64,000 nucleotides of DNA from Patescibacteria group bacterium (GTDB taxonomy: Bacteria > Patescibacteriota > Minisyncoccia > Phycocordibacterales > PALSA-1337). Location: contig JBBTTD010000002.1 in assembly GCA_038064415.1 (NCBI GenBank), positions 8,865 to 72,864 on the forward strand, written 5' to 3'. Both the position numbers and the translations under genes were made by a program. This document shows, in pieces, positions 1 through 8,974 of the stretch. The stretch's first letter is position 1; each line of letters starts with the position of its first letter. The notes below the pieces were generated by a model, which worked only from the letters and a program-made list of their open reading frames with translations, searched no databases and had not been told where the DNA came from.

Positions 1-384
1 ATATGCTGGGAAAAGGTTGAAAAATGCGTGAGATAAATATTGCGTGGTATTATTAAAAGCTGTAATAACTTGCGATCTGCCGGATTCGTCAATCAAATAC
101 GCGTACATATTTTGGACTTCAGAATATATTTTAGCGGAGATAAAAAGCGCTGGGACAAAAATGATTATGGTAATGATTATCAAAGTTACCAGCGCGCCAA
201 AACTGCTTCGTTCTTTGTCTTTAAATAACCAGCGCACCACTAAACGATGAATTGGTCCAAAAACTACTGCTAATGCTATAGCCAAGACAATTGGCGTTAA
301 AAATGGCAAGAATATTAAAATCGCCAAGACAACAGCGGCTAGTAAAAGTCCAAAGAAGAAATGGCTTGGTGAAGCGGGAATCAT
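1..384 (-). CDS. AI-2E (PerM/TqsA) family transporter, N-terminal part (runs off the window)
   Basis: Manual translation from ATG at 384: MIPASPSHFFFGLLLAAVVLAILIFLPFLTPIVLAIALAVVFGPIHRLV...ALVTLIIITIIIFVP, matching the 'PFL.P...A..LA....P' N-terminal TM pattern of AI-2E proteins. Missing from the ORF track because it is truncated. Confidence 0.65.
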   Translation of the reverse strand, partial: MIPASPSHFFFGLLLAAVVLAILIFLPFLTPIVLAIALAVVFGPIHRLVVRWLFKDKERSSFGALVTLIIITIIIFVPALFISAKIYSEVQNMYAYLIDESGRSQVITAFNNTTQYLSHAFFNLFPAY

Positions 385-425
385 GACTATAGATTACCAC
401 ATGTTTTGATTTTTGTGAATTGAGT

Positions 426-695
426 TTATTTTCTTTGTCCTAGCTTATCTATTTTTTTACCAAGATCTTTTCCGAGATTACCTATTTTACTATCAAGATC
501 ATCAATTTTCATTACTAATCTTTTATCAAGACCAACTACTTTACTATCAAGCCCGTCAATTCTCATTACTAATCTCTTTTCGAGACCATCAAACTTTTCA
601 TTGATAGTATAAACTGCACTTCTCAGATTTCTTTCTGATTCATCAATTGTAACTCTTTTTTCTTGCATAATAGTATGTTGTTTATTCATAAGCAT
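426..695 (-). CDS. Small coiled-coil protein with 18-aa repeats (KID/RIDxLDSK, Bdr-repeat-like)
   Basis: GLEKRLVMRIDGLDSKVV / GLDKRLVMKIDDLDSKIG; 54-bp DNA repeat starting at 486 and 540. Confidence 0.5.
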   Translation of the reverse strand: MLMNKQHTIMQEKRVTIDESERNLRSAVYTINEKFDGLEKRLVMRIDGLDSKVVGLDKRLVMKIDDLDSKIGNLGKDLGKKIDKLGQRK

Positions 696-821
696 AATTT
701 TTATTTAATTAACTAACAATCATCACTCCCTCGCAGATAGAAGTAACTTATTACTAGAATTGTACCAACCAAAAAAAATTGCACAAGTTCACAGTGCGCA
801 AAAAATGTTTTGTAATAGTTT

Positions 822-989
822 TTAAACTAAGTCTTTATTAAAATCCTCGTATTTATTTTCTTTACCACACCAAGGACAATACCAGTCCTTTTTTTCTAAA
901 GGTATGTCGCCGACAGTCCACCATTTTTTACAAAATATACAATGAAAATGGTTTAGAATTTCGGTTGATTTTTTACTTATTTTGACCAT
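822..989 (-). CDS. Small Zn-ribbon protein (55 aa)
   Basis: CIFC...CPWC cysteine pairs; likely ATG at 989 overlaps the secA stop region, suggesting translational coupling. Confidence 0.55.
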   Translation of the reverse strand: MVKISKKSTEILNHFHCIFCKKWWTVGDIPLEKKDWYCPWCGKENKYEDFNKDLV

Positions 990-3684
990 GACACTTTTTA
1001 TATTTCTTCCCAGATCCGCACGGACACGGATCATTCCTGCCCACTTCCGCTTCTTTTTTAATTAACTGTGAATTATTTGATTCATCACCAGCGCCAATCA
1101 TTTGAGCATTTTCATGAACTTCTTTGAGATTTTTTTGTTCAGAATCAACGGGCATGCCATTTACCATCGGAACTATGTGTGGCAAAACTTTGATCACTTG
1201 CGCCTGCATTGCTCCTTGCATTTCTTTGAAAAGGCGTAAACCTTCTTTTTTATATTCAACTAATGGATCACGCTGGCCGTAAGCGCGTAAATTGACGCTA
1301 GAACGAGTATAATCCATGACTTCTAGGTGTTCCACCCAATACATATCAATGGCTTGCAGAAGCACAATCCTGACCGCATTTAGGAAATCTTCACGACCGA
1401 ATTCGGCGATTTTTTTATTGATAATTGAATTGATGTCGGGCGTGGTTGGTGAAAGCGAATCCGAAGGACGCTTCGGAGCGAGCGAAGGCGAGTGAGAACC
1501 AGACGCGGCGCGAGCACGCACCGACGGCGTGTCCTGAGGAACGCTTTCACCAACCACGTCTGTAAGTTCATTCAACTCTTCTTCTACATCATCAGCATTT
1601 CCAAGTAATAATTTTCGGCGTCGTGAATAAATACTGGTTCGCTGATGGTTGATAACATCATCAAATTCCAAAACATGTTTGCGCGAATCAAAGTTAAATC
1701 CTTCAATTTTTTCTTGAGCGCTTTCCAATGAACGAGAAATTAACTTATGCTCAATCGGAACATCATCAGCCGCGCCAAGTTTGCCCATCATGGTTTTCAA
1801 CATGTCAGAAGCAAAAACACGCATCAAAGTATCTTCAAGCGAGACGAAAAATTGCGTCTCGCCAGGATCACCTTGACGACCCGAACGACCACGCAACTGA
1901 TTGTCAATTCGGCGTGCTTCATGTCTTTCGGTTCCAAGAACAAATAATCCACCTGATTTTTTAATTTCAATATATGTTTCAGAAGTATTTGGGTTTCCGC
2001 CAAGCTTGATGTCCACTCCACGACCCGCCATGTTTGTGGCAATTGTAACCGCGCCCTTTTTACCAGCTTGAGCGATAATTTCACCTTCACGCTCATGGTT
2101 TTTGGCATTGAGCATTTGATGAGGAATACCTTCAGATTTCAAAAATTGCGAAAGTAATTCATTTTTTTCAATGGAGACCGTTCCAATCAATACTGGTTGA
2201 CCCTTGGCGTGAAGTTCTTTGACTTTGCGAGCAACAGCTTTGAATTTACCAAGTTCTGTCTGAAAAATCTGGTCATTACTGTCAATACGAATTTGCATAG
2301 CATTCGTCGGAACGACAAAAACTTCCAACCCATAGACTTTATAAAACTCTTCTGAAGAGGTTGCCGCCGTACCTGTCATTCCAGCTAATTTTGGATACAT
2401 TCTGAAAAAGTTCTGAAATGTAATTGAGGCGTAAGTCCGTGATTCTTGCTGAATACTTACTCCCTCTTTGGCTTCAATCGCCTGATGCAAACCATCAGAC
2501 CAACGACGACCTGGTTGCATGCGTCCAGTAAACTCATCAACAATGACGATTTGATTATCTTTGACAACATATTCTTTATCTTTATTGTACAAAGCTTGGG
2601 CCTTTATGGCGGTCTCCAAATGATGCGCGGATTTGATGCCTCTGTCAGTATAAATATTATCTATTCCCAAAATTTTTTCAGCTTTGGTAATTCCGACTGA
2701 TGTCAGCGAAATTGAGCGATGTTTTTCTTCAACAATGTAGTCTTCATCTTTTTTGAATGATCGGACCATTGCGGCAAACTGTTTGTAGATCGCTTCAGCA
2801 TCACGAGTTGGCGCGGAAATAATTAAAGGCGTTCGGGCTTCGTCAATCAAAATAGAGTCAATTTCATCAACAATCGCGTAGTTTGGTTCACGCTGACGCA
2901 ATTTGTCTGGACTATACTCCAAATTATCTCTCAAATAATCAAAACCAAATTCATTGTTAGTTCCATAGGTAATGTCGGCGGCGTAAGCTTCCCGGCGTGT
3001 ACAAGGTCGCAAAAATTCGTGAACAACTTTGAAAGCGCCGAGTTGGTCGCGTTCAGTATCAAGTTTGTCTTCTTTTGTATCTTTGGGGTTTTGAATTTCT
3101 GGTTTTGAATTTGTCTCGGATTTTGGATTTTGAATTTCAGTCTTATTTTTATGCGCTGGATCATACAAAAATGAAGCCTCATTATTTATCACGGCAACCG
3201 ATAAACCAAGAAAAGAATAGACCTGACCCATCCAGACCGCGTCGCGTCGTGACAAATAGTCGTTTACGGTAACGACATGAATTCCTTTTCCAGTAAGCGC
3301 GTTCAAATATGTCGGTAGAGTCGCCACTAAAGTTTTTCCTTCACCAGTTCTCATCTCTGCGATGGCCCCAGAATTCAAAACCATGCCTCCAAGAAGTTGG
3401 ACATCAAAATGTCTTTGACCCAAGGTCCTGCGCGCCGCCTCACGGACAACAGCGAATGCATCGGGAAGAATCTCATTTAAAATCGCTTCAATTTTTGGAT
3501 CATTGGCTTTCAGATCTAATCTCTTCTTGAATTCATCCGTTTTCGCCCTTAATTGATCATCAGAGAGTGCTTGGATTGTCGCTTCAAGCGCGTTGATTTG
3601 CCCGACAATTGGCTGAAACTGCTTCAAGTTTCGGGTATGTGAATTTCCCTTTAATCTATCCCAAAATGACATAATAAGAGCCAC
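973..3684 (-). CDS. secA: Preprotein translocase ATPase SecA (start may be ATG 3672)
   Basis: MRTGEGKT Walker A, DEIDSILIDEARTPLIIS, TNMAGRG, RRIDNQLRGRSGRQGDPG, C-terminal SEC-C GRNDPCPCGSGKKYKKCH. Confidence 0.99.
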   Translation of the reverse strand: MALIMSFWDRLKGNSHTRNLKQFQPIVGQINALEATIQALSDDQLRAKTDEFKKRLDLKANDPKIEAILNEILPDAFAVVREAARRTLGQRHFDVQLLGGMVLNSGAIAEMRTGEGKTLVATLPTYLNALTGKGIHVVTVNDYLSRRDAVWMGQVYSFLGLSVAVINNEASFLYDPAHKNKTEIQNPKSETNSKPEIQNPKDTKEDKLDTERDQLGAFKVVHEFLRPCTRREAYAADITYGTNNEFGFDYLRDNLEYSPDKLRQREPNYAIVDEIDSILIDEARTPLIISAPTRDAEAIYKQFAAMVRSFKKDEDYIVEEKHRSISLTSVGITKAEKILGIDNIYTDRGIKSAHHLETAIKAQALYNKDKEYVVKDNQIVIVDEFTGRMQPGRRWSDGLHQAIEAKEGVSIQQESRTYASITFQNFFRMYPKLAGMTGTAATSSEEFYKVYGLEVFVVPTNAMQIRIDSNDQIFQTELGKFKAVARKVKELHAKGQPVLIGTVSIEKNELLSQFLKSEGIPHQMLNAKNHEREGEIIAQAGKKGAVTIATNMAGRGVDIKLGGNPNTSETYIEIKKSGGLFVLGTERHEARRIDNQLRGRSGRQGDPGETQFFVSLEDTLMRVFASDMLKTMMGKLGAADDVPIEHKLISRSLESAQEKIEGFNFDSRKHVLEFDDVINHQRTSIYSRRRKLLLGNADDVEEELNELTDVVGESVPQDTPSVRARAASGSHSPSLAPKRPSDSLSPTTPDINSIINKKIAEFGREDFLNAVRIVLLQAIDMYWVEHLEVMDYTRSSVNLRAYGQRDPLVEYKKEGLRLFKEMQGAMQAQVIKVLPHIVPMVNGMPVDSEQKNLKEVHENAQMIGAGDESNNSQLIKKEAEVGRNDPCPCGSGKKYKKCHGQNK
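1441..1558. repeat. 118-bp palindromic element inserted in-frame in secA
   Basis: Perfect 17-bp terminal inverted repeats CGTGGTTGGTGAAAGCG (1441-1457) / CGCTTTCACCAACCACG (1542-1558); internal hairpin TCCGAAG-gacg-CTTCGGA; GC-rich relative to the gene. Confidence 0.85.
3082..3140 (-). repeat. Degenerate ~7-mer array (AAATTCA/AAATCCA/AAATCCG) in-frame in secA
   Basis: Encodes EIQNPKSETNSKPEIQNPK in a loop of NBD1. Confidence 0.65.
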
Positions 3685-3711
3685 TTTAGCACATTTTGAG
3701 GAATTAAAAAA

Positions 3712-4791
3712 CTAATTAACCCACTCAACTTCACCCTCAATAGCAATCCCAGTTTTTTCTTTTACTCGTCCCATCAAGTTGCGCGCGAAAGCGACAACTT
3801 CTTCTGATGTCGCGCCGGATTTGGAAACTAAGACTAAAGCATGTCTTTCATAAGTCCCGACATTTCCAATAGTCAAACCTTTGGCATCGCAAATTTTATC
3901 CAAGATCCATCCAAGAGAAACTTTAATTCGTCCATCTGGTTCGGAAAAACCGGGAAGATCGGGGTATTTTTTCGTCAGTTCGGCAAACTTATCCATAGAA
4001 ATTATCGGGTTTTTGAAAAAAGATCCAGCTGTTCCCCACTTTTTCCAGTCTGGTAATTTGATTGCGCGGATTTTAATTACAGCTTGCCGTACTTGATCTA
4101 GAGTCGGCATAAGTGGTCGCTGAATATTTGCCATCCGATTGTCCACCCTTTTCAAAAGGTCATTATCTGAAGTCTGGAATTTATCAAAATATACCCGCAA
4201 ATCCTCATACTCAATATTTACGTTCCCGTTTTTGATAAGTCTAAAATCAACTCTAGTGATGATATAACGACCTTTTTGGCGTTTGAAAACACTATCACGA
4301 TATTCAAATTTACAGTCATCATTAGAAAAATCCACAAACTTCATTGTATTGGTGTCAAAAGCATGAACCGTCAAAATAGAACTGGAAACATCACAACCAT
4401 AAGCGCCGATATTTTGAACGGGTGTCGCGCCGACCGTGCCTGGAATTGAAGATAAATTTTCTATGCCATAAAACCCTTGTTTTACAGCATAATCAACAAA
4501 ATCGTCCCAAACTTCACCCGCGCCAACGGAAAGTAGCGAGGAGAGACCTCGCTGATCAATCCCCTTTATTTCCATCTTAATAACTAATCCAGCGAAACCA
4601 TAATCTCCAACTAAAATATTTGAACCACCACCCAACACAAAAATCGCTAACCTTTTACCTTCAGCAAACCGCACCGCTTCAACTAATTCTTCTTCTTTTG
4701 TAACCTGACAAAAAAAGCGGGCTGGGCCGCCTATTTTGAAAGTCGTATAAGACGCAAGTTTTATATTTTCCTCTATTTTAATCATTGTCAT
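3712..4791 (-). CDS. murB: UDP-N-acetylenolpyruvoylglucosamine reductase
   Basis: TTFKIGGPA, LGGGSNIL, IPGTVGATPVQNIGAYG, FEYRDSVFK, GTAGSFFKNP, HALVL, EGEV. Confidence 0.97.
   Translation of the reverse strand: MTMIKIEENIKLASYTTFKIGGPARFFCQVTKEEELVEAVRFAEGKRLAIFVLGGGSNILVGDYGFAGLVIKMEIKGIDQRGLSSLLSVGAGEVWDDFVDYAVKQGFYGIENLSSIPGTVGATPVQNIGAYGCDVSSSILTVHAFDTNTMKFVDFSNDDCKFEYRDSVFKRQKGRYIITRVDFRLIKNGNVNIEYEDLRVYFDKFQTSDNDLLKRVDNRMANIQRPLMPTLDQVRQAVIKIRAIKLPDWKKWGTAGSFFKNPIISMDKFAELTKKYPDLPGFSEPDGRIKVSLGWILDKICDAKGLTIGNVGTYERHALVLVSKSGATSEEVVAFARNLMGRVKEKTGIAIEGEVEWVN
4535..4553. repeat. 19-bp REP-like palindrome AGCGAGG-N5-CCTCGCT inside murB
   Basis: AGCGAGGagagaCCTCGCT; same arms and length as the units at 56405-56442. 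Confidence 0.7.
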
Positions 4792-4809
4792 TATTCTCTT
4801 TGCGCCAAA

Positions 4810-4875
4810 TGATGGCGACGGGTGCGAGCTCCAAATAAAATGTTTAAATTTATGTGAGTACAGCCGTCGCCGTCA
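4810..4875. repeat. Imperfect inverted repeat/hairpin upstream of murB
   Basis: TGATGGCGACGGGTG (4810-4824) vs CAGCCGTCGCCGTCA (4861-4875), 13/15 complementary, with a partly paired AT-rich interior. Confidence 0.6.
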
Positions 4876-4913
4876 CTTGGTACAATCTTCCATTAGTATA
4901 TCGTGTCAACCTA

Positions 4914-5069
4914 AAAAAGTGAACAGGGCGTGTGGGTATTTTTCTGAGACGAGTATGCGATTGGTGCGTCAGTCTATTGTATGGCAAGGCAGACATTCTT
5001 GGCAGACCACGAAATTGGAAGACGAATACGCAGTCTCAGAAAAATACCCACACACCCTGTTCACTTTTT
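4914..5069. mobile_element. MITE-like element with 37-bp terminal inverted repeats
   Basis: AAAAAGTGAACAGGGCGTGTGGGTATTTTTCTGAGAC (4914-4950) vs 5033-5069, one mismatch; no credible coding content. Confidence 0.65.
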
Positions 5070-5077
5070 CCCCATCA

Positions 5078-5108
5078 CGCAAAAGGCCGCCGAGGGCGGC
5101 ACTTTGCG
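5078..5108 (-). terminator. GC-rich hairpin, possible terminator of the O-antigen ligase gene
   Basis: CGCAAAAG-GCCGCC-gag-GGCGGC-ACTTTGCG; only a short T run follows on the minus strand. Confidence 0.4.
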
Positions 5109-5217
5109 AAACATTTAATATCTGGAAATGCCCACACGAGCACTCACTGAACCAGTGTATCATAATTGGACCTGACAATCAACAGGTTGTCCACAGGTTA
5201 AGGTCAGGCCTCCACAT

Positions 5218-7485
5218 CTATTTCTTCCCTGCCTGTATATCCTTTATGGCAGACTCTATCTGGGTTTTTAGTTCAGGATTGTCTTTCTCCAAGGCACGAA
5301 GTGTTTCTATAGCTGCCCAAGATTGACCGCTAGCATACTGCGTCTGCGCGAGCTTCGCTCTAAGTTGTATATTTGTTTTATCCGCCGCGACTAATTTCTG
5401 ATATATAGCTATAGCTTTGGGATACTCTTTGATGGAGACATACGCTTGAGCTATGCGTTCAGTTTCAAATAATGTCGGATCATCACCAAACAATTTTTTG
5501 GCTTCTGCTTCTTTGTCGTTAAAAATAAGGCCAATTATATAAGCTGACTTAGCTTCTTCAAATGTCGGATCTGATTCGTATGCTTGTTTCAATAAAGCGA
5601 CAGCTTCATCTTTTTTACCGACATTAATATAGACTGTGGCTAATTGAAAAGCTACTGACTGCTTTGCTGGAGTCAATTCGTGGGCCTTTACGAGTAATGG
5701 TTCTGATTGAGCAAACTGTCCAACTGAATTCATGAACGAACCTCCCAGAACATACATACGCGCGTCCTTTGGAGCGATTGCGATTTGCGCTTCAATAACT
5801 TTGTTTGCCAAATCAAAAAATGCTTGCTTCGTGGGACCCGGGTATTGGCCGCTAATAACATTACCGGCGCAAGCAAGCACTTGCTCTCTAGTTTCTTGAT
5901 TGGCCATGTAAGAGTTTATGGAGAATATTTTGTCAAATAGAGTTACATCCGCGCCCAGATTCTTACTATCATTACAAGCGGTAAGAGCTTTGATCAAACC
6001 AGTATTAGCTTGAATTGGTCGCACATTCAGAAAATACAGACTTCCAACTAGAGCAACTAAAACTATTGGAGCAACTATATACTCAACCGCATCGGTGCTG
6101 AAAGTCTTATTTTCCAGCCATACTGAAATTTTTGAGGGTGATTTTTGAGATAAGATTTGACCCCCATTCTTGACAGAAGTAATAGATTTGCGATTTGAGA
6201 TTGAAGAAGAACCCACAAAACCAAGAATAGCAAAGAAGAAAACATAACTCGCGAGGTTATCAAACACGAAAATATTGTGTATCGCATATCCAGCAATCAG
6301 TCCGGTCAAAACACTTTTTTGCGCGATGCTCAATTGTGATCGTCTCCAGATTGCAATCAGAGCCAGTACATATAAAGCAAGATATGCGATCAGACCGACG
6401 AAACCTGAAGCTACCAGCCAATCTAGAAAAACGCTGTGGGCGCGGTCAAACCATTGTTCTTGAGCCCACATCTCTGGCTCATAGTTCGCGTTAAAGATAT
6501 AGTTGAAATTCTCTTGCCCCCAACCGAAAATTGGGCGTTCTAGGGCACCAGAAATGGCCATTGGCCAAATGTAGCCTCGAGCTTGAGTCTTGGTATCATT
6601 CCAAGAAATTGTGGCTAGACGATTCAATACTTCGTTGTCTTGAATAAAAGTAGAGGTACGATTCATCCAGAAAACTACACCAATCAGTATGATCACAACT
6701 ATTACACTCCCTGAAATCCAGCGAGATTTTTTTAATTCGCCTCTGCCAAAAATTGCGTATAAAGCCAAAGACAACATAATACCACCAATCAAACCAAGAG
6801 CAGTACCACGAGTCTGGGTTTCAAAGATAATAAAACCAAATAATACAGCTAGAATCGGATATACCCATTGCAAAAATCCCGAATTAATTATTTGTTTTAC
6901 TCTTGCGACAAAGGACATGTACACCGCAATACCAATATGCATCAACATATAGACAGCCATGTATGCGGCGTTGCCGAGGGAGGCGTCAATACGGGTACTA
7001 CCCTGGTGAACAGTCGCATTACCAGTCAATTGTAGTATGCCATAAATTGAGATAACAAAAGCAATGACTAAAGAAAAATTAAACCAGCGGTGCCACATTC
7101 TTTTTCCTTCTTCTCCAAAACCAAACAAATGTGTAGCAGTCATGTAAAACATCCAGAGGTGAATCACAACCAACCATCCTTCCATTCGTTCAAAGTTTGA
7201 TACGATACTACGGATTGAGTTGACTCCTAATAGGTCAGCAACTAAAGCAATCAAAGCAAATAAACTCACGCCAATCGTAAGTGCCGTAAATTTTGGTCGA
7301 TACTTTGCATCAAGAAAAGCTAAAATAATCCAACTGGCAAAGGCTAGTTCTACTAGAATACGGAAATAAAACGCTTTACCTGTGATAAATGGAAAAAAGT
7401 ATGAATTGGCAACAATTAGTGGAAAGATTGGGATTAGAAAAATGGCAACTATCGAAATTGAGCGTAAGATTTTCTGAAGATTCAT
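5218..7485 (-). CDS. O-antigen ligase family (Wzy_C) membrane protein with C-terminal TPR domain; possible protein O-oligosaccharyltransferase
   Basis: About 12 TM segments; SLGNAAY, TQTRG, R..IW..A......PIFGWG, DRAHSVFLDWL motifs; TPR-like helical repeats at the C-terminus. Confidence 0.85.
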   Translation of the reverse strand: MNLQKILRSISIVAIFLIPIFPLIVANSYFFPFITGKAFYFRILVELAFASWIILAFLDAKYRPKFTALTIGVSLFALIALVADLLGVNSIRSIVSNFERMEGWLVVIHLWMFYMTATHLFGFGEEGKRMWHRWFNFSLVIAFVISIYGILQLTGNATVHQGSTRIDASLGNAAYMAVYMLMHIGIAVYMSFVARVKQIINSGFLQWVYPILAVLFGFIIFETQTRGTALGLIGGIMLSLALYAIFGRGELKKSRWISGSVIVVIILIGVVFWMNRTSTFIQDNEVLNRLATISWNDTKTQARGYIWPMAISGALERPIFGWGQENFNYIFNANYEPEMWAQEQWFDRAHSVFLDWLVASGFVGLIAYLALYVLALIAIWRRSQLSIAQKSVLTGLIAGYAIHNIFVFDNLASYVFFFAILGFVGSSSISNRKSITSVKNGGQILSQKSPSKISVWLENKTFSTDAVEYIVAPIVLVALVGSLYFLNVRPIQANTGLIKALTACNDSKNLGADVTLFDKIFSINSYMANQETREQVLACAGNVISGQYPGPTKQAFFDLANKVIEAQIAIAPKDARMYVLGGSFMNSVGQFAQSEPLLVKAHELTPAKQSVAFQLATVYINVGKKDEAVALLKQAYESDPTFEEAKSAYIIGLIFNDKEAEAKKLFGDDPTLFETERIAQAYVSIKEYPKAIAIYQKLVAADKTNIQLRAKLAQTQYASGQSWAAIETLRALEKDNPELKTQIESAIKDIQAGKK

Positions 7486-7584
7486 AGATGTTTATAATCA
7501 AATATTATTAAAGAAGTACAGCTTAATATAGCATGTAGATTTGTAAAATACCATTGTCATGAAAGATTGGCGCTAAAATTTAAC

Positions 7585-7622
7585 TTGACACTACTTGACA
7601 CCTTTTGACACTTTGATATAAT
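7585..7622 (+). promoter_or_regulatory. Consensus sigma70 promoter overlapped by three 10-bp-phased TTGACAC direct repeats
   Basis: TTGACA at 7585, 7595 and 7605; TATAAT at 7617-7622 (16-bp spacer from the middle copy); ATG 6 nt downstream. Confidence 0.8.
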
Positions 7623-7628
7623 AGACAA

Positions 7629-7877
7629 ATGGTAAATGAAATCAAGCCAAATGGAATTTATACAACCAGCGAGACGCAAAGCTACTTGCGTATAAGTGAA
7701 AGCACGATCAAGAGAATGCTGAAGAAAGGTCTGATTCGTGCTAACAAGGTTGGTGGACAGTATAGAATTCTTGGAAAAGAGATCTTACGTGTCCTATCAC
7801 CTGATTTGGAAAAGGAGGCAATTAAATCATACTTGGATCTCAAGAAAAAAGTCGTAAAAAAGATAAATAGATGGTAA
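7629..7877 (+). CDS. HTH_17 (excisionase/BldC-like) DNA-binding protein
   Basis: [37 protein letters not shown] is a typical Xis/MerR-like wHTH; overlaps the gmd start. Confidence 0.85.
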   Translation: MVNEIKPNGIYTTSETQSYLRISESTIKRMLKKGLIRANKVGGQYRILGKEILRVLSPDLEKEAIKSYLDLKKKVVKKINRW

Positions 7878-8974
7878 AATCAAAAACTATGAAAAAGAAA
7901 ACGACAAGGAACGCCAAAAGAAAAAAAGCGCTTATTACAGGAATTACTGGTCAGGATGGATCATACCTTGCAGAACTTCTTATTGAAAAAGGATATGAAG
8001 TACACGGACTCATGAGACGATCGAGCTCATTTAACACTTCTCGTATTGATCATCTTTTTCAAGATCCACATACCAAAGGGAAACTATTCACTGGGAGTTT
8101 TGGCGACCTTTCCGACGCAAGCAACCTCTCGCGCCTTATTGAATCTCTAAAGCCAGACGAAATCTACAATCTTGGCGCACAGAGTCATGTGAGAGTAAGT
8201 TTTGATATCCCTGAATATACAGCTGATGTAGTTGGATTGGGAACACTTCGTCTCTTGGATGCAATTAGAGAAAGTGGGGTTAAGACAAAATTTTACCAAG
8301 CCTCGTCCTCTGAAATGTTTGGAAAAGTAACGGAAATTCCTCAAACTGAAAATACCCCTTTCCATCCTCGTTCACCATATGCAGTAGCAAAAGTATTCTC
8401 ATATTGGATCACCAGAAATTATCGTGAGTCATATAATCTTTTCGCGGTAAATGGGATTCTTTTTAATCACGAATCTCCTCGCCGAGGAAAGACATTCGTC
8501 ACTAAGAAAATTACCCGGGGATTAGCACGTATTAAGCTAGGACTTGATGAAAAATTATACCTTGGAAACCTTGATGCAAAACGCGATTGGGGACATGCAA
8601 AAGATTATGTATACGGCATGTGGTTAATGCTCCAACAAGACAAACCAGATGACTACATACTTGCGACTGGTGAAAATCATTCTGTACGTGAATTCGTTGA
8701 AGAAGTTGCAAAATACTTTGACATCGATCTGATGTGGAGAGGAAAAGGAGTAAAAGAAAAAGGAATTGACAAAAAAACTGGTAAAATAATCATTGAGATT
8801 GATCCTATATATTTTAGGCCAGCTGAAGTTGACCTGCTCATTGGTGATGCATCAAAAGCAAGAAAAAAGCTTGGATGGAAACCTAAAATTCGTTTTAAAG
8901 AATTAGTAAGATTGATGTGCGAACATGATCTGAAAGAAGAAAAATATGCAAAGCAAATTCTTGCAAATGAATAA
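7871..8974 (+). CDS. gmd: GDP-mannose 4,6-dehydratase
   Basis: [61 protein letters not shown]. Confidence 0.98.
   Translation: MVKSKTMKKKTTRNAKRKKALITGITGQDGSYLAELLIEKGYEVHGLMRRSSSFNTSRIDHLFQDPHTKGKLFTGSFGDLSDASNLSRLIESLKPDEIYNLGAQSHVRVSFDIPEYTADVVGLGTLRLLDAIRESGVKTKFYQASSSEMFGKVTEIPQTENTPFHPRSPYAVAKVFSYWITRNYRESYNLFAVNGILFNHESPRRGKTFVTKKITRGLARIKLGLDEKLYLGNLDAKRDWGHAKDYVYGMWLMLQQDKPDDYILATGENHSVREFVEEVAKYFDIDLMWRGKGVKEKGIDKKTGKIIIEIDPIYFRPAEVDLLIGDASKARKKLGWKPKIRFKELVRLMCEHDLKEEKYAKQILANE

Noticed and set aside
1441-1558. Intein or self-splicing intron in secA
   Set aside because: Too short, no Cys/Ser...His-Asn intein termini, no group I/II core; the frame stays open.
4877-5326. ORFs of 149, 72 and 69 aa over the intergenic region
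   Set aside because: They read through the inverted-repeat element (the same peptide appears on both strands) and one overlaps a real gene; no protein motif.
7629-7877. Prophage or ICE excisionase
   Set aside because: No integrase, att repeat or phage genes in the window; the gene is coupled to gmd.
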